A DNA stretch of 64,000 nucleotides from a virus. This document shows positions 11,302-20,042 of this stretch, one piece after another. The stretch's first letter is position 1. Every line of letters starts with the position of its first letter. The DNA is taken from IMG/VR virus record IMGVR_UViG_3300007734_000753, positions 1-64,000 of that record; one strand, 5' to 3'. Position numbers and translations under genes: made by a program. The notes beneath the pieces are model-generated. The model had not been told where the DNA came from. It searched no databases and saw only the letters and a list, made by a program, of their open reading frames with translations.

Positions 11302-12516
11302 ATGTATAAATTTACTGAAAACGATATATTTTTCAATACTGTAAAAACGTATCCAAAATACTCTTTTATGATGTATAATGATGGTCTATACATCAACAAT
11401 CAGATAAAAGAAGGCAACAACAAAACATCCAGTTCTATAAATGTTTTTGAGACAAACAATACTGTTTCAGCAGATGGTAATTGGATTATTTACGATAAAA
11501 CTTATTCTAATGGAAATGTTTCACTAACACCAATAACATTTTCCCAAGGACAAGCAACATCTTCTATCTCTAGAAGTTTTATTAGAAAAAGTGGAGATGG
11601 CTATAACACTCAATACACAACAGCAAAAGCGCCCTTCAAGCTTCTAGCTGCATCAAATGCAATAAATTATTATAGACCACTAAGCCCTTATTATAACACA
11701 AGTTATTTTCTAAATACTTTTACACAAGCTTTCAATAAACCCGTTCCAAATTACTTACCATCTGGTAGCACAAGTTCCGATTTGTTGAATCCAGCTTCCG
11801 ATGTAAATATAATAGAAATACCATCCATATTTTACAAAGAAGCAATAAACCCCGGTTCTGTTGACTTACAATTTTATTTTACGGGTTCTTTGATTGGTCG
11901 AGCGCAAGATATAAAACTAAACGGCGAACTAATCCAAACAACAGGCTCCACGACTGGAAGTGTTGTTGGTATTGTTTTATATAATGAAGGAATTTTGCTC
12001 ATATCGGGAAGTGACTACATTTCATCAGATCCTTTTGTGCAAGATTATTATATACAACCAACAGCCTCTAGCGCGATAGCCGTAACAGCCCGCGCTGCTT
12101 GGAAGTATTTTGGTTCGTACAAAAATATAGCAACAGGCTATTCAATCGCTTCATCTTCATTTATTATGAATTTTGAGGGCACGAACACCATACCAACTTT
12201 GACCATGTTAGCTCATGCAAACAAGAACGATCTGAATTGGAGCAATAATCCATCATATTTACAAAGCGGATCTTTTGCTAAATACCTAGCTGTGACAAGC
12301 TCAACAAAATATATTGAGAATAGCACACTGAACATAAAAAATACTGTTAGCTCTTCTTTTGCAAACTATTCTGCTTCTTTTTATCCTCAAACATTTATCA
12401 ACACAATTGGTGTTTATAGTGAAGATGGCGAACTTATTGCGATTGCAAAAACTGCTAATCCAGTTAGAAAAACTAATGAACAAGATTATACTTTTAAGCT
12501 TAAAATAGACCTTTAG
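11302..12516 (+). CDS. Virion structural protein, paralog of 10193
   Basis: C-terminal FINTIGVYSEDGELIAIAKTANPVRK...FKLKIDL; ACTACTTA motif ends 5 nt upstream of the ATG. Confidence 0.6.
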   Translation: MYKFTENDIFFNTVKTYPKYSFMMYNDGLYINNQIKEGNNKTSSSINVFETNNTVSADGNWIIYDKTYSNGNVSLTPITFSQGQATSSISRSFIRKSGDGYNTQYTTAKAPFKLLAASNAINYYRPLSPYYNTSYFLNTFTQAFNKPVPNYLPSGSTSSDLLNPASDVNIIEIPSIFYKEAINPGSVDLQFYFTGSLIGRAQDIKLNGELIQTTGSTTGSVVGIVLYNEGILLISGSDYISSDPFVQDYYIQPTASSAIAVTARAAWKYFGSYKNIATGYSIASSSFIMNFEGTNTIPTLTMLAHANKNDLNWSNNPSYLQSGSFAKYLAVTSSTKYIENSTLNIKNTVSSSFANYSASFYPQTFINTIGVYSEDGELIAIAKTANPVRKTNEQDYTFKLKIDL

Positions 12517-12525
12517 AGAGGTTAT

Positions 12526-13050
12526 ATGATTTTAGGTTTAGACATTAGTACAAGCATCATTGGTTATACAATTCTTGATAAAGACAATAAAATAATTGAA
12601 TGCGATTGTATTCGTTTGGAAAAGTTCAAGGATTTTTTTGTAAAAGCCAAAAACGTCAAAAACAAACTAGTTTCAATCGCCAAGCAATATGATATAAGTT
12701 CGGTTTATATTGAGGAAAGCTTACAAGCGTTCAAGCCCGGTTTCTCTTCAGCCTCAACGATTCAGTCACTTTCTAAGTTCAATGGTGTTGTTTCGTGGTT
12801 GTGCAGTGAAATTTTCGATCTTACTCCTGAATATATTTCGGCTGGCACTGCAAGAAAATTTTGCGGAATAAAAGTTCCAAAGGGAGAGAAGGCAAAAATC
12901 TTCGTCTTCAACTTTATACTTGACACGATCCCCGAGTTCAACGTAGAATATACTGCTAAAGGCAATCCTGTCCCCGGTTCTTTTGACCGAGCTGACAGTT
13001 ATGTTATTGCCAAGGCAGGAAATGTTTTATGTCAAATGAACAAAAAATAA
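12526..13050 (+). CDS. RuvC-like Holliday junction resolvase
   Basis: MILGLDIST, VYIEE and DRADSYVIA supply the RuvC catalytic D/E/D-D pattern. Confidence 0.85.
   Translation: MILGLDISTSIIGYTILDKDNKIIECDCIRLEKFKDFFVKAKNVKNKLVSIAKQYDISSVYIEESLQAFKPGFSSASTIQSLSKFNGVVSWLCSEIFDLTPEYISAGTARKFCGIKVPKGEKAKIFVFNFILDTIPEFNVEYTAKGNPVPGSFDRADSYVIAKAGNVLCQMNKK
12920..12949 (+). promoter_or_regulatory. Sigma70-like promoter for primase (TTGACA-N18-TAGAAT)
   Basis: Consensus -35/-10 embedded in the 3' end of the resolvase gene, about 80 nt before the primase ATG. Confidence 0.5.
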
Positions 13051-13967
13051 AAATAATTTCCTCAATCTTTGGTGAGTATTCCAAGTCAGGAAAAGAGTTT
13101 TTATTCTATTGCCCAGCTTGTAAACATCACAAGAAAAAACTGAGTGTCAATCTTGAGAAAGATAAGTTCAAGTGTTGGATTTGTGACTACTCTGGAAATA
13201 GTATTCGCCGTCTTGTTCGTCGCTATGGCGATGCGACTCAAAAACAAGAGTGGTACAAGATCGATAATCGGATTGAACTAGCCGATTTTGATTTAGATTT
13301 CTTTGACGAGAAGGAAGAAGAATCTCAAGAAACGATTGAGTTACCAAAACAATTTATGTCACTCTGTAACAAGGAAACTCTGGCTTCCACGGTACCGCTT
13401 TCCTATCTAAAAAATCGCAGAATAAATAAGCAAGACATTTTACAATGGAAAATTGGTTATTGTTTTGAGGGCGATTATGAAGGTCGTATTATAATTCCAT
13501 CTTTCGACATGAAAGGTGAGCCAAACTTCTTTGTGGCGAGAGCCTACTCAAAAAGTTATTATCCCAAATACAAGAATCCTCCAGCATCAAAAAACATCAT
13601 CTTCAATGAATTGTATCTTGATTTTGATGAAGATTTGATTATAACAGAGGGAGTATTTGATGCAATTGTGGCAGGAAATAATTCTGTTCCAATCCTTGGC
13701 TCCACAATCAACGAGAAAAGCCGGTTGTTTCAGAAGATTGTCACATACGACACGACAGTTTATTTGGCTCTTGATCCAGATGCGAAAGACAAAGAAAACA
13801 AAATAATTGAGAATCTTCTCAAATATGGTATTGAAATTTATAAAATCAAAGTCGATCCTTTCAAGGATGTTGGCTCAATGACCAAAGAGGACTTCCAATC
13901 CAGAAAGAAGGATGCTATACTGATCGACAACGATAACTATTTTGTTTATCAGACAATGTGTGCATAA
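13029..13967 (+). CDS. DNA primase (zinc finger + TOPRIM), gp61/DnaG-like
   Basis: CPAC...CWIC zinc finger; GRIIIP, KYKN, IITEGVFDA and LALDPDA TOPRIM motifs. Confidence 0.9.
   Translation: MSNEQKIKIISSIFGEYSKSGKEFLFYCPACKHHKKKLSVNLEKDKFKCWICDYSGNSIRRLVRRYGDATQKQEWYKIDNRIELADFDLDFFDEKEEESQETIELPKQFMSLCNKETLASTVPLSYLKNRRINKQDILQWKIGYCFEGDYEGRIIIPSFDMKGEPNFFVARAYSKSYYPKYKNPPASKNIIFNELYLDFDEDLIITEGVFDAIVAGNNSVPILGSTINEKSRLFQKIVTYDTTVYLALDPDAKDKENKIIENLLKYGIEIYKIKVDPFKDVGSMTKEDFQSRKKDAILIDNDNYFVYQTMCA
13893..13921 (+). promoter_or_regulatory. Sigma70-like promoter (TTCCAA-N17-TATACT, extended TGn) for the mre11-rad50 operon
   Basis: Lies in the primase 3' end, about 55 nt before the ATG at 13978. 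Confidence 0.45.
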
Positions 13968-13977
13968 CGGAGAATAG

Positions 13978-16900
13978 ATGAAATTTAGTCATATCAGCGA
14001 TATTCATATTCATAATCTAAAGTATCACAAAGAGCAGAAACAAGTCTTTGAGAAAGTTTATGAACACCTGAAAGCCAATAAAGTTGACATAAACATCCTT
14101 ACTGGCGATCTATTTCATATCAAAGGAAATGTTACGCCAGAAGCATATCAAGCCGCTGCTGACTTTCTAAAAAACTTGGCAGACATTGCACCAACGCATA
14201 TTATTCTTGGCAATCACGATCTAATCTTATCAAACAAGAATCGACTTGACAGCGTATCGCCAGTTGTTGATGCGTTGAATCATCCGCTTTTGTTTTTACA
14301 TAAGAATTCAGCAGAGATTACGATTGGCGATGGCAAGTTTGCTCTAAACGTAATGTCTATTGTTGATGAACAAGAGGACTGGATTCCAGTATCAAATCCA
14401 AACGCTGTGAACATTGGTTTGTATCATGGTTCAGTTGCTGGAGTTCTAACTGATCAAAATTGGGTTATGACTCATGGCGAAATAGACGTTGAGAAGTTTG
14501 CTGATTTTGATTATGTTTTGCTTGGCGATATTCACAAAGCAAATCAAATTTTAGACACAGAAGGTCGTGTTCGTTATGCAGGAAGCCTGTGTCAAAACAA
14601 CTTTGGGGATCTAGACGATAAAGGCTTTTTGATCTGGGATATAAAAGATAAAAACAACTTTACCGTTGAACATATTCATATTCCAAATCCAAAACCATTT
14701 ATAAATCTAGATCTTGAAAGCGATGGAACTGTTCCAGCTAAATTTGCTTGCCCAATTGGTTCGCGTATTCGTGCAATTGGTCACACTGATTTATCATCTG
14801 ATAAAATTAAAAAAACTCTTGAGCTTATTAGAAAAAAATACAAACCAGAAAGTTTGTCGTTTCAGAATAAATCAAAAACAAGTGACACTCGTTTGCTTTT
14901 GTCTGACTCATTGAAAAATACAAATTTACGAGACGAAGACACACAAAAGAAACTAATCAAAGAATATCTAAAAGAACACACCGTTACTGATGATGTGTTT
15001 GATGAAATTTATACTCTCAATGCTAAATATAATAGAGAGGCAGAAGCCAATGAAGAGGTATCGCGCAATGTTCAATGGAAGCTGAAGAAGCTAACATGGG
15101 ATAACCTTTTCAATTATGGGGAGGGAAACGAAATTGACTTCACCAAAATTAAAGGCACTGTGGGTATTTTTGGTAAAAACTTCTCTGGTAAGTCTAGCAT
15201 TATTGATAGCTTACTATTCGCGATTTATAATAACACTTCTAAAAATATACGAAAAAATCTCTTTGTCATCAACCAAAACAAAAAGACTGCAAGTTGCTGT
15301 GTGGAAATCGAGGTTGATAGCAAAGTATACAAGATTGAGCGCAACTTATCCAGATACACCAAAAAGCTCAAAGGAGAGGTCACGGAAGAGGCGAAGGCGA
15401 CGGTAGACTTTTCTTATTTTGATATGCTCTCAAATGAAACTGTTAGCCTAAATGGTGTTGACGGCAACGAAACAAATAAAAATATACGCAAACTATTTGG
15501 CACCATTGAAGACTTTTTTGCTACTTCAATGTCATCACAGACTGGCGCACTTGATTTTATCAACGAAGGTTCGACTCGGCGCAAAGAAATATTTGCCAAG
15601 TTCCTTGATTTAGAAATATTTGAGACAAAATTCAAGCTTGCCAAAGATCAATCTTCTGTTATCAAGGCGGCATTGCGTCGTCTTGAAAATAAGAATTTTG
15701 ATTCTGAAGCCTCTGAAATCAGGCAACTTGTTATTGATAACGAAGAGAAAACAAAGAATAAAGTTGACGAGATAGAAAAAAACAAAGTTATTATCTCTGA
15801 CCTATCAAAAGAGATTCAATCGCTTGAAGATAAAATCTCAAAGATTGATTCTGAAAACATTGATATTGTATCAGTAAAATCAGAGATAAAGAGTCTAGAG
15901 GAGACTAGAGATACTTTATTACAAGACAATTTTGCTAAAAACAAGAAAATCGAAGAGTCAGAAGCCTTCATCCAGAAAGCACAAGCCTTTTTATCTGAGT
16001 TTAATATTGACGATGTAAAGAGCAAAAAACAAAATCTAGCTTCTCTAATAAACCAACTTGACGCTCTAAACGCTTCAACTGCCGAACAAAAGAATCTTTT
16101 ATCAATTTATAAAACCCACACCGATGGGCTAAACAATCTTCCTTGTGGTAAAACTTATCTTGATTCATGTTCTTTTATCAAAGAAGCAAATGAGTATTTG
16201 AGTAAAGTTGATGTTGTCGAGCTGGCTATTCAACAGGGCGAAACAAATGGTCAGCAGCTTGCTGCCCAAATTGCAGAAATAGATGAAAACAAACTCAACA
16301 ACTATATTGAAAAATTCGAGAAGCTTCGGCTAAAGAAAAACGACGAAGAAAAAAATATCATCAATTTCAATCTTGTGATTGAGAAAAACAAAAATATAAT
16401 CACAGGTCTATCAGAAAAATTACGTCTTTTTTCTGAAAAGTTAAAGTTTTACGAAGAGCACAAAGATGCAATAGAAAACAAGAAAAACCTACTTGTTGAA
16501 CTTACAACCAAAAAAGTTGCAGTAGAAAATACTAAAGTTCTTGTAAAAAGTCTTGAGCTTGAGTTAGCATCTTTATATAAAGAACATGGTTCGCTTGAGC
16601 AAAAGATTGAGACAATAAAACAAAATGAAAAAGAAAAAGTATCCCTTGAAAAACAATATGCAGCTTATGAACTATTCATGCGTTGTATGCATAGCAACGG
16701 AATTGCATTTGATTTGATCAAAAAGAATTTACCAGTTATTAATCAAGAGATCGCCAAAGTTCTATCAAACATTGTAGAATTTGAGATATTCTTCGAGAAT
16801 ACGGATAATAAACTTGATATCTTTATCAAACACCCAAAATATGATGCTCGTCCTCTAGAAAACGGTTCCGGCGCAGAAAAAACATTAGCTGCAATGGCTA

Positions 16901-17136
16901 TTCGCATTGCTTTGATCAATATTACAAATATGCCAAAGCCAAATATTTTTATTCTTGACGAACCGGGAACTGCCCTTGATAATGATAATATGGAGGGTTT
17001 TATCCGTATTCTAGATTTGGTCAAGAACTATTTTGATATCACGGTGCTAATTAGTCATATAGATCAATTGAAAGATGCAGTTGATACAAACATTGAAATT
17101 TCGCGAAACGAAGGTTTCGCATTTGTAAAATGCTAA
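13978..17136 (+). CDS. Fused Mre11/SbcD nuclease + Rad50/SbcC ATPase (gp47-gp46)
   Basis: Metallophosphoesterase motifs SDIH, GDLFH, GNHD, LGDIH, YAGS; then Walker A GKNFSGKSS, a coiled coil, signature GSGAEK, Walker B FILDEP and ISH. Confidence 0.92.
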   Translation: MKFSHISDIHIHNLKYHKEQKQVFEKVYEHLKANKVDINILTGDLFHIKGNVTPEAYQAAADFLKNLADIAPTHIILGNHDLILSNKNRLDSVSPVVDALNHPLLFLHKNSAEITIGDGKFALNVMSIVDEQEDWIPVSNPNAVNIGLYHGSVAGVLTDQNWVMTHGEIDVEKFADFDYVLLGDIHKANQILDTEGRVRYAGSLCQNNFGDLDDKGFLIWDIKDKNNFTVEHIHIPNPKPFINLDLESDGTVPAKFACPIGSRIRAIGHTDLSSDKIKKTLELIRKKYKPESLSFQNKSKTSDTRLLLSDSLKNTNLRDEDTQKKLIKEYLKEHTVTDDVFDEIYTLNAKYNREAEANEEVSRNVQWKLKKLTWDNLFNYGEGNEIDFTKIKGTVGIFGKNFSGKSSIIDSLLFAIYNNTSKNIRKNLFVINQNKKTASCCVEIEVDSKVYKIERNLSRYTKKLKGEVTEEAKATVDFSYFDMLSNETVSLNGVDGNETNKNIRKLFGTIEDFFATSMSSQTGALDFINEGSTRRKEIFAKFLDLEIFETKFKLAKDQSSVIKAALRRLENKNFDSEASEIRQLVIDNEEKTKNKVDEIEKNKVIISDLSKEIQSLEDKISKIDSENIDIVSVKSEIKSLEETRDTLLQDNFAKNKKIEESEAFIQKAQAFLSEFNIDDVKSKKQNLASLINQLDALNASTAEQKNLLSIYKTHTDGLNNLPCGKTYLDSCSFIKEANEYLSKVDVVELAIQQGETNGQQLAAQIAEIDENKLNNYIEKFEKLRLKKNDEEKNIINFNLVIEKNKNIITGLSEKLRLFSEKLKFYEEHKDAIENKKNLLVELTTKKVAVENTKVLVKSLELELASLYKEHGSLEQKIETIKQNEKEKVSLEKQYAAYELFMRCMHSNGIAFDLIKKNLPVINQEIAKVLSNIVEFEIFFENTDNKLDIFIKHPKYDARPLENGSGAEKTLAAMAIRIALINITNMPKPNIFILDEPGTALDNDNMEGFIRILDLVKNYFDITVLISHIDQLKDAVDTNIEISRNEGFAFVKC

Positions 17137-17145
17137 AGGAGTAAA

Positions 17146-19020
17146 ATGAAAAAGTATTTATTATTAATGCCGCTTCTAATAATTGGTTGTGGTGACGATC
17201 TTGGCTGGAAAGAAAAGAAAACCGACCATGATTGTGCAGATTCAATGGTAGCCGACGCTGGTTCTTCCGACGTTGCACAACCACAAGATGTAAGTGAGGT
17301 GAACGATGTTCAATCAGACACAAATCAAGTTGTTGAAGATTCTGTTGACGCCACCGAAACTGATATATCCGATAGCAGTGGGAGCGACGACACTAGCGTT
17401 TCCGTCCCTGATAGCGTTACAGGAGAAGATGCAGGAGATTCACAAGACGCAGCGGAAGACGTAACACAAGACGTTGCACCACCACCAGAGTGCGTGACTT
17501 CAACAGATTGCGCCGCCGCCGCACTCCCTTGCATCGCTCCTGATTGTGAAGCGGGTAAATGTGTAACAGTTCCAGCGGATACACCATGCTCAGACAACGA
17601 TGAGTGTACTGTTGGCGATCAATGCCAAGTTGGTCAATGTGTTGGAGGCGCTCAGGCAAACTGTGACGATCTAAATCCATGCACAGATGATTCATGTGAT
17701 CCAGCTAAAGGCTGCGTTCATTTACCAAATCAAGTAACCTGTGTAGATGGAAATGGTTGCACTACTGATGATATTTGCAAAGATGGAGCTTGCGTAGCTG
17801 GTGTTCCATTCAATTGCGACGATGGAAATGTTTGCACAGATGATAGCTGTGAATCTATTGGTAAAAGCGAAATGCATGTTTGCAAGCATTTACCAAATCA
17901 AGCAACTTGCACTGATGACAATGTTTGCTCTTTAGACGATGCCTGTGAAGGTATGTCTTGCAAATCAAAATCAGCTGCTATTTGTGATGATAGTAACATT
18001 TGCACAAACGATTCTTGTGATCCTGTAGCTGGTTGTGTATTTTTACCAAATGAAGTAACTTGCACCGATAATGATGCTTGCACCTCAGATGATAAATGTG
18101 CCGATAAAGTTTGTAAATCTGGTGCTCCGCTAAATTGTGCAGACACAAATGATTGCACAACTGACTTATGTAAGCCAGAAACGGGCTGTTATTTTGATAA
18201 TAATCAAAATGTTTGCAGTGATAATAATGTTTGTAGCGTAGATGATAAGTGTGAAGCTGGTGTTTGTGTCGCTGGTCTTCCAAAAGTTTGCGATGATGCA
18301 AATATATGCACGGTTGATTCTTGCGATCCTGTAAATGGATGCAAAGCTGTAAATGCTGCTGATGGGACAAAGTGTGCTGAAGGTATTTGCCAAAATGGCG
18401 CTTGTGCTTGCGTAAGCGGATTTGGCTGTGCTTCACCTAGCTTCTCATACGCCTCAGAAACAAATGCAGGCATGTTAGGCGGCATGGGTGGGCAAGTTGG
18501 ACCAAAGATGGGTTGCAACGCTACTGATGTAATTATTGGTATCGGTTTTGATTTCAGTAATGGTCAAAAGAATGCAACAAAAACAACTGTCGTTTGTGGT
18601 AAAGTTTCTGTAGCACAAGACAGCACAGTTTCAACTGTTCAGACAACAACACAAAAGAACGGTGGTTCTGGCTGCTTTGGTTGGGATCCATCAACTCCAA
18701 CTCCGCTTGTTGTTTGTCCAAATGGCTGGGCTGTGGTTGGTATTGAAGGAACAAAAGCGGGTTCAACATTGTTCAATAATGTTAAGCTTGTTTGTGGTAA
18801 GTTGGGAATTAATGGTAAATCAACAGGAGAGACACAAACTCTAACTGTTAATGGAACCACTGGTCCCGGCACCCAAGCACAAGTTGTTGCTTGTGCCGCT
18901 GGAACAATCGCTCGTTATTTTGAGACGAGAGCTGGTTGTGGTCAAGATGCTTTGACTTTGTATTGTGCTACACCTTCACCAGATTGCACTGGTCAAGAAT
19001 TAATTTGTAAGGATCTATAA
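17146..19020 (+). CDS. Surface lipoprotein: acidic linker + Cys-rich (CDDxNxCTxDxC) repeat stalk + C-terminal beta-prism lectin-like domain
   Basis: Lipobox LIIG|C; about 10 CDDxNxCTxDSC-type repeats (Dictyostelium/myxobacterial type); C-terminal three-fold repeat GG..C...V.G......L.C like jacalin/VMO-I beta-prism I. Confidence 0.75.
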   Translation: MKKYLLLMPLLIIGCGDDLGWKEKKTDHDCADSMVADAGSSDVAQPQDVSEVNDVQSDTNQVVEDSVDATETDISDSSGSDDTSVSVPDSVTGEDAGDSQDAAEDVTQDVAPPPECVTSTDCAAAALPCIAPDCEAGKCVTVPADTPCSDNDECTVGDQCQVGQCVGGAQANCDDLNPCTDDSCDPAKGCVHLPNQVTCVDGNGCTTDDICKDGACVAGVPFNCDDGNVCTDDSCESIGKSEMHVCKHLPNQATCTDDNVCSLDDACEGMSCKSKSAAICDDSNICTNDSCDPVAGCVFLPNEVTCTDNDACTSDDKCADKVCKSGAPLNCADTNDCTTDLCKPETGCYFDNNQNVCSDNNVCSVDDKCEAGVCVAGLPKVCDDANICTVDSCDPVNGCKAVNAADGTKCAEGICQNGACACVSGFGCASPSFSYASETNAGMLGGMGGQVGPKMGCNATDVIIGIGFDFSNGQKNATKTTVVCGKVSVAQDSTVSTVQTTTQKNGGSGCFGWDPSTPTPLVVCPNGWAVVGIEGTKAGSTLFNNVKLVCGKLGINGKSTGETQTLTVNGTTGPGTQAQVVACAAGTIARYFETRAGCGQDALTLYCATPSPDCTGQELICKDL

Positions 19021-19022
19021 TC

Positions 19023-20036
19023 ATGAAAAAGCTGCTGATACTTTTATTATTATTTATTCCAAAAGTTGCTGACGCTTGGGAATCAACTATAGGCGTTGGT
19101 GCTTATGCGAGAAGATTTAATGAAAAGGATCAGCTTGGTGCTCTTTCTAAAGATGAAGGTCTAAAACCAGAGAGTTCGGCTGGGTTGGCACTGAACGGTT
19201 CATTTCTGTTCAATGTCAGCCCTTCCCTATTATTTGGTCCAGATTTAACAATAACTTATTCTTGGTTATCTGCGCCACAACAAGACAATTTACAAACTCA
19301 AAGTCTTATCGCTGCTGGTAATTTACAATATAATGATAACGGCTTTAGTTTGGCTCTAAAATCCGGTTTTATTCTAAACTCACTTACTACTGAATATGAT
19401 ATAAAGATTGATTTTGATACAGGTTTTATAACTTCTGTGAAGGTTGGTTCAGAGGTTATGGATTCCGCAAGATTTTATTTTGAGCCACAGCTAATCATAA
19501 CTCCATCAACTGAGGCGAAGAATGTTTTTGTAAATTCATTTGCTTTGGTTATTGGTATTGAAAATGTATTTAGACCAAAGAAAAAGATTGAGGTTGTGAA
19601 AGTTGTAGAGGCTATTGTTGAACCTCCTAAAGAAATAACTCCCGTAAAATTACCAGAAGTTATTACACCAGTTGCCGCTCCACCTATTATTGTTGTAGCT
19701 CCAATCGTCGTTGAGCCACCAAAAGAAATAACGCCAGTAAAATTGCCAGAACCTCCAACGCCAGTTCAGCCTGTCGAAAAACCAAAGCCATTAGTTCTAA
19801 AATTTGATGGAAATGAACTATCACCAGAATCTATTGGCTTTTTAGAGAATATTGTAAAAATTCATAATAGTGTTGCCTCTGTTATCAAAGTCAATCACAG
19901 CAGAGGAAATAATGCTAAAAAGAAAGCAGAAATATTATACACTTGGTTTACTAATCATGGAGCGAAGAAAAAAGAGGTATTGGTAGTTCCCGGTCTAAAA
20001 GGCAAGGAAATAAGAATCGAAGTCGTTCCAAAGTAG
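19023..20036 (+). CDS. Outer-membrane beta-barrel protein with a Pro-rich linker and a degenerate OmpA C-terminal domain
   Basis: Signal peptide (VADA|W); amphipathic beta strands ending FALVIGIENVF; Pro/Val linker; LKFDGNELSPESIGFLENI...KAEILYTWFTNHG...RIEVV follows the OmpA-C layout. Confidence 0.65.
   Translation: MKKLLILLLLFIPKVADAWESTIGVGAYARRFNEKDQLGALSKDEGLKPESSAGLALNGSFLFNVSPSLLFGPDLTITYSWLSAPQQDNLQTQSLIAAGNLQYNDNGFSLALKSGFILNSLTTEYDIKIDFDTGFITSVKVGSEVMDSARFYFEPQLIITPSTEAKNVFVNSFALVIGIENVFRPKKKIEVVKVVEAIVEPPKEITPVKLPEVITPVAAPPIIVVAPIVVEPPKEITPVKLPEPPTPVQPVEKPKPLVLKFDGNELSPESIGFLENIVKIHNSVASVIKVNHSRGNNAKKKAEILYTWFTNHGAKKKEVLVVPGLKGKEIRIEVVPK
19617..19751 (+). repeat. Duplicated linker peptide VEPPKEITPVKLPE (19617-19658 and 19710-19751)
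   Basis: Identical 14-aa repeat with synonymous nucleotide differences. Confidence 0.85.
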
Positions 20037-20042
20037 GGCAAA

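Noticed and set aside
17491-18430. Diversity-generating retroelement or eukaryotic contamination for the Cys repeats
   Set aside because: There is no reverse transcriptase or adenine-specific TR/VR pair; the gene has an SD, a lipobox and phage-like codon habits.
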